This document shows, in pieces, positions 9,023-18,019 of a stretch of DNA of 64,000 nt. Below the pieces are notes generated by a model. The model had not been told where the DNA came from and searched no databases. It was given only the letters and a program-made list of their open reading frames with translations. Position 1 is the stretch's first letter. Each line of letters begins with the position of its first letter. Location: positions 192,001 to 256,000 of the forward strand of contig JBPOGI010000005.1 of the NCBI GenBank assembly GCA_051251855.1, in the 5' to 3' direction. This DNA comes from Roseibacillus sp. GTDB taxonomy: Bacteria > Verrucomicrobiota > Verrucomicrobiia > Verrucomicrobiales > Akkermansiaceae. A program made the position numbers and the translations under genes.

Positions 9023-10056
9023 GGCGTGATAACGGTGTGAGTGGCGGCGGATTGGTAGGCGAGTTCGACGAGACGAACGGAACGCAGGTAATCATCAGCT
9101 TCGGACTCGAAGGGAGCTTCGGCGAGAAAACGTTTCACAAAATGTTGCTGGGTGGCGTGAACGCAGTTGCCAGCGAAGCCCTCGGATGAGGGTTGATAGG
9201 GGTGAATCGTTGCTTCTTCACCTAGCAGTTGGATTTTGATTTCTCCGCTCTCGTTCAAGGTGAGGTGGCCTTTAGAACCGTCGAGTCGAAGCCGGCCAAA
9301 GGTGTAGCGAGGGTTTTCGATGCTTGCGTCGGCTTCGCCGTAGCGGTTGGCATCGAGAACGGCGCTGCCACCGGCTTCGAAGTGGCAGACGATGAGGGCG
9401 GAGTCCTCGCCTTTGATGACGGGATTGCGCTGAGCGGTGGTTGCGTAGAGGGAAGATACTTCGCCAAAGAGATAGCGGAATGTGTCGAGAAAATGGACGC
9501 CGGTTTCGAAGATGAAGAGGCGCTCGTATTCGCGGAAGAACGGCTGGCGAGCAAGGTAGGCATCGTCACCCCAACCATCACCCATGCGGCATTGAAAGTG
9601 GAGGTGGTGGAAGTCGCCGAGGGTGCCAGCCTTGAGAATGGATTTGATTTCGCGATACCAAGGCTGCCAGCGCCAGTTCTCATGAACCATGAAGCGCACG
9701 TCGGGGAATTGGTGAGCGAGTTCAATGAGTTCTTGGGTTTCTTCCCAAGTAGGAGCCAGCGGCTTTTGACAGATAATGTGGACACCATGCTGGAAGGCGA
9801 TGCGGCAGAATTCCAGGTGGGTCTGGGGTGGGGTGATGATGTCGACGAAGTCAGGCTTTTGCTCGATGAGCATTTTCTCGAAGTCGGAAGCAGAGTAACT
9901 ACTAGGAATCTCGTATTCAGCGGCCATCTCCTCGGCCTTTGCGAGAGTGCGATTGCAGTTGGCGACCACGTTGACTTCGGGGATGTCCTTCCACGATTGG
10001 TATTGAAAGCGGGCGAAGTAGCCAGCGCCGACGATGCAGGCTTTGAGAGAGGTCAT
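9019..10056 (-). CDS. Gfo/Idh/MocA family oxidoreductase (sugar dehydrogenase; D-apiose dehydrogenase-like)
   Basis: GAGYFA Rossmann motif, CQKP, HENWRWQPWYR and ETGVHFLD. Confidence 0.82.
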   Translation of the reverse strand: MTSLKACIVGAGYFARFQYQSWKDIPEVNVVANCNRTLAKAEEMAAEYEIPSSYSASDFEKMLIEQKPDFVDIITPPQTHLEFCRIAFQHGVHIICQKPLAPTWEETQELIELAHQFPDVRFMVHENWRWQPWYREIKSILKAGTLGDFHHLHFQCRMGDGWGDDAYLARQPFFREYERLFIFETGVHFLDTFRYLFGEVSSLYATTAQRNPVIKGEDSALIVCHFEAGGSAVLDANRYGEADASIENPRYTFGRLRLDGSKGHLTLNESGEIKIQLLGEEATIHPYQPSSEGFAGNCVHATQQHFVKRFLAEAPFESEADDYLRSVRLVELAYQSAATHTVITP

Positions 10057-11417
10057 ACGGTTGTGAGTTTGGTGTAAGCTTCGGTGAGGGATTCGTCAGA
10101 GCCGACGTTGCCGGGGAAGATGACGTAGGCGAGACCGGGAAAGCGGGTTTCGGCGCCGAGAGTCCAAACGGGGATGCCAGGCAGGATTTGGCCAATAACA
10201 AGGGCCTTAGTGATACCAAGCGCGTCGGTGGCGATGGTGGAAGAGGTGATTCCACCTTTGGATAGAAGGAAGCGCGGTCGGAGGGTGATGTTCTTGATGA
10301 GTGAGACAATGGTGTCGGAGATGACTTGAGAGAGCTGAAGGTTTTTCTTCATGCCGTCGGCAACAACGACTTCACGGCTCGTGTAGAGAACCACGTTTTT
10401 ACCAAATGCGAGATAGGCGGTGACCTCATCTGCAAGTTTTGGGATAAGGGAGGCTGGTTGTTCGAGTGCTTCGGGGACGTTGAGCTCGATGGGGACGAGA
10501 TTGGGATCGCTCTTGATGAGGTGGGCGAGCTGGCGGGAGGTTTTTGGGACGTGAGAGCCGATGACGATGAGCCCCCCGTTGGGGTTGGGCTCGAGATCTT
10601 GGAGCTGCCATGGCTCGAGTGGCGGGCGCACGGGGATTCCCGCAAAGGTCTGTACGAAGGAGGCCGCAGTTCGGAAGAGAAAGTCTCGGTCGCTAGCATG
10701 AAGGGCGGTGGCGAGGACTTCGAGGTCGCGGCGCTCGGTGGCATTGATGATGCAGGTGCAGCCGTCGGGCAGGTTGGCGAGTTCTTCAGAAACGTCGCCA
10801 GAACGAAGCTGTTGCAGAGAGATGGACTGGACATCGACGGGGCTGCCGGATTTCTCGGCGAAATAGTCTGGGAGGTAGGAGTGAGAGAAAGGGAAAGCGT
10901 GGTCCTTGGCGAAGGGAGTGAGATGAGCGGGGGTGGCGTCATCGCCTTTGACGATGTAGTGAGTGTCTTCAACGGTGATTCGGCCCCCAGCCTCGAAGTA
11001 GGGGATGAAGAGAGTGGGTGCTTTGGGGAGGTTGAGGGTTTCTCGGAGGATGTTGATTTCGAGAGGAAAGTGGCCCCGAAGAGTGGAGTCGGAGCGCGAA
11101 ATGACCATGATCTCGTCTTTGAACTCTTTTAAAGTCGCTCCGAGTTCTTGGTGAAGCACGGTGGTTTGAGAAACAGTGAGCGCGCGGGAGTTGGTGAGGA
11201 TATAGAGAACGGGAGGAGCCTCTTCGAGAGCGGCGGCGATAGAAGCTTGGTCGAACTGAGTGAGGACGGGGACGTCGAAAACGGTCTGCGTTCCGGTAGG
11301 GTCGTCGTCTAGAACGACGAGAGTCTTGCCCGAGTCGGCGAGTTGCTGGTGAATCTGTGGTAAGAGATCGTGCGCCCAGACGGGTGGGAGATTGGCGGTG
11401 AGGTCAGCGATGTTCAT
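10053..11417 (-). CDS. four-carbon acid sugar kinase family protein (DUF1537)
   Basis: VVLDDDPTGTQT, RSDSTLRGH, GSHVPKT, KGGITSS and FPGNVG motifs. True start ATG 11417 (MNIADL) overlaps the upstream stop (ATGA). Confidence 0.88.
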   Translation of the reverse strand: MNIADLTANLPPVWAHDLLPQIHQQLADSGKTLVVLDDDPTGTQTVFDVPVLTQFDQASIAAALEEAPPVLYILTNSRALTVSQTTVLHQELGATLKEFKDEIMVISRSDSTLRGHFPLEINILRETLNLPKAPTLFIPYFEAGGRITVEDTHYIVKGDDATPAHLTPFAKDHAFPFSHSYLPDYFAEKSGSPVDVQSISLQQLRSGDVSEELANLPDGCTCIINATERRDLEVLATALHASDRDFLFRTAASFVQTFAGIPVRPPLEPWQLQDLEPNPNGGLIVIGSHVPKTSRQLAHLIKSDPNLVPIELNVPEALEQPASLIPKLADEVTAYLAFGKNVVLYTSREVVVADGMKKNLQLSQVISDTIVSLIKNITLRPRFLLSKGGITSSTIATDALGITKALVIGQILPGIPVWTLGAETRFPGLAYVIFPGNVGSDESLTEAYTKLTTV

Positions 11418-12052
11418 GAAAGTTGGGCAAAGGCGCGACAGGGAGAACCATCGCCATCTTGAATTTTTAGAGGGAAAGCGCCGAAGGTGAAGTCGCGGTC
11501 GGCGGGGAGTTTGTCGAGATTGACGAGGCCTTCGACGATGGCGACTCCTCCGGCGAGGAGGATTTCGTGAATAAGGGTCACTTCGACTAGGTCGTTCACG
11601 TTGGCTACGGAAGGTGGTTCGACTCCGAGGATGCGCACTTGGTGGGTGACGCACCAACGGGCGAATTCTTCCGAGAGGCGGGGGAGTTGGTTGCGGAAGA
11701 GGTCGAGGTTTTCTCTATGTTTGGCCCAGCCAGTATGGAGAAGAAGGGCATGCCCTGAAGGAAAGTTTTGGGAAAGAGTTCCTAGGTGTTGAGGAGTGAG
11801 GACTTCGGATGGATCGGAATTGAGGTGAGCGACGCGAGCGGGACCAAGGAAGGTTTCTAGGGGCAGCTGGTCGATGGTGTTGCCCATGGGGTGAGTGCAA
11901 CCAAAGTGTTTGGGGGCATCCATGTGGGTGCCTGAGTGGGAGTAGAGGTGAAGGTTTCGGGCGTTCCAGCCGTCCTGCTTAAGATCCTTGGCCACGTCCC
12001 AAGAGACCCCTGGTGTTTCAGGGGTAAGCGTGGCGGTGAGGTCGATGAGCAT
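11414..12052 (-). CDS. cyclase family metal-dependent hydrolase (kynurenine formamidase-like)
   Basis: HSGTHMDAPKH (HxGTHxDxPxH) motif and C-terminal GDGSPCRA. Start placed at ATG 12052 (MLIDLT). Confidence 0.88.
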   Translation of the reverse strand: MLIDLTATLTPETPGVSWDVAKDLKQDGWNARNLHLYSHSGTHMDAPKHFGCTHPMGNTIDQLPLETFLGPARVAHLNSDPSEVLTPQHLGTLSQNFPSGHALLLHTGWAKHRENLDLFRNQLPRLSEEFARWCVTHQVRILGVEPPSVANVNDLVEVTLIHEILLAGGVAIVEGLVNLDKLPADRDFTFGAFPLKIQDGDGSPCRAFAQLS

Positions 12053-12078
12053 TGTGTGAGAGGCAAGAGTCGTTTTTT

Positions 12079-13143
12079 TTAGCACCCTCCGAGGTTTGCA
12101 ATGATTTTTTCGGTGAGCGAGGTGGTGGTTTCGGTGCCGCCCATGTCGGGAGTGCGGTGAGTAGGGTTGGCAAGGGTTTTGCTGACGGCGTCGCGTATAA
12201 GTTTGGATGCCTCGTATTGTTTAAGCCATTCGAGCATGAGGGCGGCCGAGAGAATGGTGCCGACCGGGTTGGCTTTGCCTTGACCGGTGATGTCGGGCGC
12301 GGTGCCGTGCGATGGTTGGAAGACGGCGCAGTTTTCGCCAATGTCGCCTGAAGGAGCCATACCCATCCCGCCTACGAGTCCGGCAGCGAGGTCGGAGAGA
12401 ATGTCGCCAAACATGTTTTCGGTGACGAGGACGTCGAAGGATTCGGGCCTCTGCACAAGGAAAAGGGCTGCGGCGTCGACGTAGATGTGTTCGGTTTCGA
12501 CCTCAGGAAAATCTTTGGCGACTTCGTCGAAGATTTCGCGGAAGAAGACCATGGTGGGGAGGACGTTGGCTTTGTCGACAAGACTACATTTTTTGCGGCG
12601 GCGCATCGCTTCTTCAAAGGCATAGCGACAGATACGTTCGCAGCCTTTCCGCGTCAGATGGAGGACGTCGCTGGCTGAAGAGCGGTCTTCGGGTTGCTGG
12701 GAGCCGCGCGCAGAGAAGAGGCCTTCGGTATTTTCGCGCACGATCACGAAGTCGATCTCTCCGGCTTGATAATTTTTGAGAGGAGAGTCAGCGGAGGAGT
12801 AGAGGTAGATGGGGCGGGGGCCAGCATAGAGGTCGAGTCGCTCACGAATATCGATTTGAGGGGTCATCTCCCGTCCGTCGGGCCAGCGAACACCGGGGAG
12901 GCCCATGGCACCAAGGAGAACGGCATCGGATTGGCGGCAGGCCTCGAAGGCGGAGTCGGGGAGGGGATTACCGGAGCGTATGAATTCGCCAGCTCCCACC
13001 GAATGTTCTTCAAAGGTCAGCGAGAGGCTAGGCTCTTTTTGCATGACTGCTTCTAAAACGGAAACGGCGGCGTTGGTGACCTCGGGTCCAATCCCGTCAC
13101 CGGGTAGGACTGCGATTCGAAATGCTCTATTGCTCACTCCCAT
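12079..13143 (-). CDS. isocitrate/isopropylmalate/tartrate dehydrogenase family (beta-decarboxylating dehydrogenase)
   Basis: LPGDGIGPEV, RENTEG, VDKANV, NMFGDILSD and HGTAPDI motifs. Confidence 0.9.
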   Translation of the reverse strand: MGVSNRAFRIAVLPGDGIGPEVTNAAVSVLEAVMQKEPSLSLTFEEHSVGAGEFIRSGNPLPDSAFEACRQSDAVLLGAMGLPGVRWPDGREMTPQIDIRERLDLYAGPRPIYLYSSADSPLKNYQAGEIDFVIVRENTEGLFSARGSQQPEDRSSASDVLHLTRKGCERICRYAFEEAMRRRKKCSLVDKANVLPTMVFFREIFDEVAKDFPEVETEHIYVDAAALFLVQRPESFDVLVTENMFGDILSDLAAGLVGGMGMAPSGDIGENCAVFQPSHGTAPDITGQGKANPVGTILSAALMLEWLKQYEASKLIRDAVSKTLANPTHRTPDMGGTETTTSLTEKIIANLGGC

Positions 13144-13163
13144 GAGTTTGCAATGATGAAGGC

Positions 13164-13565
13164 ATGTTTAACCAGCTTGATCATGTGGCGATTCTCGTAA
13201 AAAACACGGAAGAGGCCCTCACGTTCTATCGCGACACATTGAAGCTCAATGTCCTGTTGAGTGAGGAATTGGCAGAAGTGGGTGTTCGGTTGACTCACCT
13301 CGATGGCGGAAATGTGAAGATTCAGCTCGTTGAGCCTTTGCGCAACGATCATCCTTTGAAAGCGCAGTTACAGGAGCGTGGAGAGCATATTCATCACCTT
13401 TGCTGGGGGGTCGAGGATACGCGGGAGGCGATGGAAAGATTGGGAGATTTTGGTTTGGCAGCGAAGGAGGGAGAACCCCATGCGGCACCTCAGAATGGTG
13501 AAGCTGCCTTTATTGACCCGTCGCAGACACGCGGAATTCTTTGGGAGATGACGGGGAAGAAGTAA
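13164..13565 (+). CDS. VOC family protein (methylmalonyl-CoA epimerase-like)
   Basis: LDHVAILV, IQLVEP, GEHIHHLCW and AFIDP...GILWE. Confidence 0.8.
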   Translation: MFNQLDHVAILVKNTEEALTFYRDTLKLNVLLSEELAEVGVRLTHLDGGNVKIQLVEPLRNDHPLKAQLQERGEHIHHLCWGVEDTREAMERLGDFGLAAKEGEPHAAPQNGEAAFIDPSQTRGILWEMTGKK

Positions 13566-13571
13566 GTAGTA

Positions 13572-14984
13572 TTGATGATGAGAAAAATTGTTTCTGTGCT
13601 CGGAGCGACGCTGGCCATGCTGGCGGCGAAGGAGAGGCCGAATGTGCTCCTGATCTGTGTAGACGATTTGAGGCCGGAGCTAGGCTGCTATGGCAAGGAC
13701 TACATCCATTCGCCGAATATTGATGGTCTCGCGAAGAGGGGGGTGACTTTTGAAAAGCACTATGTGCAAGCGCCCACCTGCGGGGCTTCGCGGTATGCCA
13801 TGCTGACGGGGTGTTATGGACCGGCGGGCAATGGAGCTTTGTTTGAGCGGGCGGGTAAGAAGAACAAAGAAGAGGTTGGGGCAAGTCTTCCAGGTTATTT
13901 TCGTGAAAAGGGATACACGACCGTTTCAGTCGGGAAGGTTTCGCATCATCCCGGTGGACGAGGAGGGGCGGATTGGGATGACGAGACGAAGTTGGAAATG
14001 CCTGAATCGTGGGACCGACATCTTTTGCCGGCTGGGCCTTGGCAGCACCCTCGAGGGTGGATGCATGGATTAGCAAACGGAGAAATCCGGAAGAACCGCT
14101 CGGAGATGGATGTCTTTCAAGCAGCGGAAGGAGATGACTCGATTTACCCCGATGGAGTGATGATTCCAGTGGCGATTGAGCAGCTAGGAGTTTTGGCTAA
14201 AGAGGAAAAGCCTTTCTTTTTGGCTGTGGGGATTTTGAGGCCGCATTTGCCATTCGGTGCACCTAAAAAGTATTTGGATATTTATGAGGGAGCGAAATTA
14301 CCGCCGATTCCTCATCCTGAGAAGCCGGTTGGGAAGACAACATGGCATGGTTCGGGGGAGTTTATGAAATACAATCGGTGGGGAAAGGATCCTAATGAGG
14401 ATGCGGATTTTGCCAATGAGGTGCGTCTCCACTATGCGGCATGTGTGAGCTATGCTGATGCGATGGTGGGACAGGTGTTGACGGCTTTAGAGAACTCGGG
14501 TGAGGCTGAGAATACGATCGTTGTTTTGTGGGGTGACCATGGTTGGCACTTGGGCGAGCATGGAGTTTGGGGAAAGCATACTTTATTCGAGGAGTCGTTG
14601 CGTTCGCCTTTGATTGTTGTCGCTCCAGAGCAAGGAGTTTCGAATCAGGCGGCTGCTGCAATTGTCCAGTCGGTGGACATCTTTCCAACCCTATGCGAGT
14701 TGGCGGGGCTTGCGGTTCCCGATGAGCTGGATGGTCGTTCCTTGAAACCTTTGTTAGAGAATCCGAAGGGGCAAAGCCGAGGGTTTGCTTATGGCATTCA
14801 TACCAAGAAGCGGACAATTCGCACTGAGGATTATCGATACATCGAGCACGACGGTGGACATTGTGAGGTCTATGATCTCAAGAGTTCCCACAAGGAGACT
14901 CTCAATATTGCTGCACTCGACCTCCAACTGATGGAGAAGATGCGCGCGAAGTTGGCAGCGGAAGTTCCGACGAAAGCTAAGTAA
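13572..14984 (+). CDS. sulfatase (formylglycine-dependent S1, iduronate/choline sulfatase-like), secreted
   Basis: Signal peptide; [13 protein letters not shown], catalytic CGASR..LTG (CxAxR), GKVSH and [11 protein letters not shown]. Confidence 0.92.
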   Translation: MMMRKIVSVLGATLAMLAAKERPNVLLICVDDLRPELGCYGKDYIHSPNIDGLAKRGVTFEKHYVQAPTCGASRYAMLTGCYGPAGNGALFERAGKKNKEEVGASLPGYFREKGYTTVSVGKVSHHPGGRGGADWDDETKLEMPESWDRHLLPAGPWQHPRGWMHGLANGEIRKNRSEMDVFQAAEGDDSIYPDGVMIPVAIEQLGVLAKEEKPFFLAVGILRPHLPFGAPKKYLDIYEGAKLPPIPHPEKPVGKTTWHGSGEFMKYNRWGKDPNEDADFANEVRLHYAACVSYADAMVGQVLTALENSGEAENTIVVLWGDHGWHLGEHGVWGKHTLFEESLRSPLIVVAPEQGVSNQAAAAIVQSVDIFPTLCELAGLAVPDELDGRSLKPLLENPKGQSRGFAYGIHTKKRTIRTEDYRYIEHDGGHCEVYDLKSSHKETLNIAALDLQLMEKMRAKLAAEVPTKAK

Positions 14985-16734
14985 GGAGTTCGGGGTAGGC
15001 CTTCATGGCCATTTCTCGCGAGGCTTGCATGATGAGGCGGGACTCGGGAAGAACGAGCGCTTCCTCAGCGAGTGCCTTGCAGTCTCCGTAATTGAGAGCG
15101 CGAATGGCGTGCTTGACGGACGGAAGGCGGGGGGTGCCGACGGAGAGTTCGTCGATGCCAAGTCCGACTAAGACTGGGAGGAGGAGAAGGTCGGCTGCCA
15201 TTTCGCCGCAGATACCCGTCCAGATGCCATTTTCGCGGCCGCCATCGATGGTCATTTTAATGAGTCGCATGACGGCTGGGTGCGCTGGCTTGTAAAGTTG
15301 AGCGACCCGCGGGTTCACACGATCGACTGCTACGGTGTATTGGATGAGGTCGTTGGTGCCGATGGAAAGAAAATCGACATGGGCTGCAATCTCGCGGGCC
15401 ATAAGAGCGGCAGAAGGAACTTCAATCATGGCCCCCACTTCGATTTCGTCGGCAAAGGGGATGCCTTTGTCGGAGAGGTCTTCTTTGCATTGCTCCAGGA
15501 CTTCGCGGGCTTCGAGGACTTCGCGAAGACCTGAGACGAGTGGAAACATGATGCCGACTTTACCGTTAACCGAGGAGCGCAGAATGGCTCGGAGTTGGTC
15601 TTTGAAGACGTCGCGACGGTCGAGTGAGTAGCGGATGCCACGCCAGCCGAGAAAGGGGTTGGGTTCGGGGTCGGCAAGGGGTTCTCCTGGGAGCTTGTCG
15701 CCACCAACGTCTAGGGTCCGGATGATAGCTTGGTTGGGGGCTGCTGATTCGACGACCCGTTGATAAAGACGTGCTTGGTGGTGTTCGTCAGGAAACTCAC
15801 CTGACTCGAGCATGAAGAACTCGGTGCGAAAGAGACCGATGCCGTTCGCTCCTGACATGCCGACCTGAGCAAGCTCGTGCTCGAATTCTACATTGGCGGA
15901 GAGAGTGATTCTGCGCTCATCAAGGGTGGCGGTGTCCGAGTCGCGTATCTTATCGAGAGAGTTTCTAAAGACGGCTTTTTCTTCGGCGAGGGTGCGATAG
16001 TGTTCTGTCGTTTCCGGCGAGGGGTTGACAATGATCTTCCCTTCGTAGCCATCGATGATGCACGGGCTGAGGGTGCGAATTCCTAAGACGGCATCTTTGA
16101 GTCCCACTACTGCAGGGATGCCCATGGAACGTGCTAGAATGGCGGTGTGAGAGACCGAAGAACCGCGCTCAGTAGCGAAGCCGAGAGTGCGCTTGGGATC
16201 GAGACTTGCGGTGTCGGAAGGATTGAGGTCATAGGTGACCATGATGTGGCGATGGTCAGGACTCTCGTCTTCTTCGGGAGATGCACCGGAGAAATTTTGG
16301 AGCACGCGCTGGGCAACATCTTCGATGTCGCTGGTGCGTTCGCGAAGGTAAGGGTCGGCGACGCGGCGCATGGCTTCAAGGAAGGTCTGCATGACCGCGT
16401 AGAAGCAGAATTCGGCATTTTGCTCACGGCTGCTGATGGCATCGTTGACTCGGTCGAGTACGGTTTGATCCTGCAGGACCATGAGGTGAGACTCGAAGAT
16501 GCGACCTTCCGCTTCACCTGAAATGGACTCGATTTGGGTGCGTAGGGCGGCGAGCTGATCTTTCGTGCGTTCTAGGGCGCGTCGAAATCGTTCGCGTTCG
16601 TTGGGGACCTGGTGGGCGGGAACAGGGTAGACTTCGGGAGCCGCAAAGCCACGTGCTACGACATGAACGGGTCCGAAGGCAATCCCTTGCGAGACGGCTT
16701 CTCCGTTAAAGACTTGTTCCTTTGGCGGCGGCAT
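14977..16734 (-). CDS. ptsI: phosphoenolpyruvate-protein phosphotransferase (PTS enzyme I)
   Basis: [13 protein letters not shown] (phospho-His), [28 protein letters not shown] and ICGE. Confidence 0.93.
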   Translation of the reverse strand: MPPPKEQVFNGEAVSQGIAFGPVHVVARGFAAPEVYPVPAHQVPNERERFRRALERTKDQLAALRTQIESISGEAEGRIFESHLMVLQDQTVLDRVNDAISSREQNAEFCFYAVMQTFLEAMRRVADPYLRERTSDIEDVAQRVLQNFSGASPEEDESPDHRHIMVTYDLNPSDTASLDPKRTLGFATERGSSVSHTAILARSMGIPAVVGLKDAVLGIRTLSPCIIDGYEGKIIVNPSPETTEHYRTLAEEKAVFRNSLDKIRDSDTATLDERRITLSANVEFEHELAQVGMSGANGIGLFRTEFFMLESGEFPDEHHQARLYQRVVESAAPNQAIIRTLDVGGDKLPGEPLADPEPNPFLGWRGIRYSLDRRDVFKDQLRAILRSSVNGKVGIMFPLVSGLREVLEAREVLEQCKEDLSDKGIPFADEIEVGAMIEVPSAALMAREIAAHVDFLSIGTNDLIQYTVAVDRVNPRVAQLYKPAHPAVMRLIKMTIDGGRENGIWTGICGEMAADLLLLPVLVGLGIDELSVGTPRLPSVKHAIRALNYGDCKALAEEALVLPESRLIMQASREMAMKAYPELLT

Positions 16735-16820
16735 CGGAGGTATCTTGGCATTTTTCTGCCTTGTGGGGAAGGGGTGAAAATCAGGGAGGGGGTTCAGGCT
16801 GATGTGACTGGGTCCTACTC

Positions 16821-17035
16821 CTGGAGTGCGGATGGCTGGCCTCCGCTTTGCTCGTGAGTCTCGCTACTCCCTCACTCGTCGAAAGGAGGCGGCTTGCTGC
16901 CTCAACCTTTCAGCGGCCCCAGCTCCATTAATCGCGGCGATAACGTGGTTGAACAAGCAAGCTTTGCTCTTCCCTGTCACGCTAAAGAACAAAGCCGTCC
17001 ACTCCCAAAACGGCAGCAAGCTGCGCGCGCTCCAG
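16821..17035. repeat. REP/REPIN-like element (degenerate 30-bp inverted termini with internal hairpin)
   Basis: CTGGAGTGCGGATGGCTGGCCTCCGCTTTG (16821-16850) vs CAAAACGGCAGCAAGCTGCGCGCGCTCCAG (17006-17035), 21/30 complementary. Internal hairpin GAGGCGGC-TT-GCTGCCTC. Confidence 0.55.
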
Positions 17036-17053
17036 AAGTTCACTCAAGACGCG

Positions 17054-17081
17054 AAAAAACCCCACCGTTTCGGGAGAGGTT
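17054..17081 (-). terminator. probable intrinsic terminator of the exbB-exbD-exbD-TPR operon
   Basis: Minus strand AACCTCTCCCGAAACGGTGGGGTTTTTT: imperfect hairpin plus U tract, 30 nt after the stop at 17111. Confidence 0.55.
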
Positions 17082-17110
17082 CATTTAAAGTGTATTCCGA
17101 GGAGGTCTTG

Positions 17111-17998
17111 TTAGGCCTTTTTGTATTTAAGGAAGGCTTTGAAGTCGTCGGGAAGAGCTTCGCCACGTCCGAGGGCCGCATTCCACATATCAACAAGGGC
17201 TGCCGCTTCGGTGAGAAGAAGAGCACCGTTAGAGTTGGGGTTTTCGTCAGGTGTCCCGTGCAACTTGCGGGCAAGTTCGATGTCGGGGTGTTTGTTGTAG
17301 ATGCCAAAGCAAGCGAGGGCTGCTTTTCTGACAAGAATCTCAGATGCTGCGTAGTCGGCGACCATCGCTTTGTTGTAAGCAATAAGGGCGTTCTCCAATT
17401 CTCCCTTTCCTTCCAGAGCCATGCCGTAGGCATACTCGAGCTGAGCGCGAATACTACCGGGGACTTTCTTGTCGGCCCACTCCTCACAAAGAATGGCAAG
17501 ACGAGGCCAGTCTTCAGAGCGGATGGCGTTGTAGAGGGGATAGATTTCCAACTGAGTCTTGTGAGTATTAAGCGCAAGAGGGGCGGGCTTGAACTTGCTA
17601 AAGAGCTGCTCCACTTCCTCATACTTACCGAGCTTGCGCGCGCACTCCATCTCGTAGAATCCAGCGAGGGAGGAGAAGTTGGCAGGGACGTCTTCAGTGA
17701 AGGCGTATTTCTCGCGAGCAACTTTAAAGGCGGGCTGGGCTTCCTCGTATTTGCGGTTCTCGAACAAGTCGAGGGCGATGGAATACTCGGGCGGCGTCAA
17801 GAACATGACAGAAACCTTACGAAGGGGAACGTCAATGCGGTTGAGGGACTTTGGGTTTTCGCGGTAGCGAATGGTTTTCTCGGAGGCATCTTCGATCCAG
17901 ATGCGGTCTGCTCCACCATCCTCAATTTTAAAGGCTGGTGCAAGGGTCTGGCCGGGAAGGGCGGCGGCGCAGGCGAGAGAAAGAATAATCGTTTTCAT
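17111..17998 (-). CDS. exported TPR-like helical repeat protein
   Basis: Signal peptide MKTIILSLACAAALPG; TPR-like helices (YAYGMALEGKGELENALIAY). Confidence 0.7.
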   Translation of the reverse strand: MKTIILSLACAAALPGQTLAPAFKIEDGGADRIWIEDASEKTIRYRENPKSLNRIDVPLRKVSVMFLTPPEYSIALDLFENRKYEEAQPAFKVAREKYAFTEDVPANFSSLAGFYEMECARKLGKYEEVEQLFSKFKPAPLALNTHKTQLEIYPLYNAIRSEDWPRLAILCEEWADKKVPGSIRAQLEYAYGMALEGKGELENALIAYNKAMVADYAASEILVRKAALACFGIYNKHPDIELARKLHGTPDENPNSNGALLLTEAAALVDMWNAALGRGEALPDDFKAFLKYKKA

Positions 17999-18019
17999 AT
18001 TTTTAGATGATGAGGGTTA

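Noticed and set aside
11418..11657. Arg-rich N-terminal extension of the DUF1537 kinase in the ORF track
   Set aside because: Overlaps the cyclase gene; the ATG at 11417 with ATGA coupling is the better start.
12079..13143. Calling this gene leuB
   Set aside because: Catabolic context and no leu genes nearby; family-level call only.
16826..18010. 394-aa plus-strand ORF
   Set aside because: Antisense shadow of the TPR-like gene, running through a repeat element; no protein motif.
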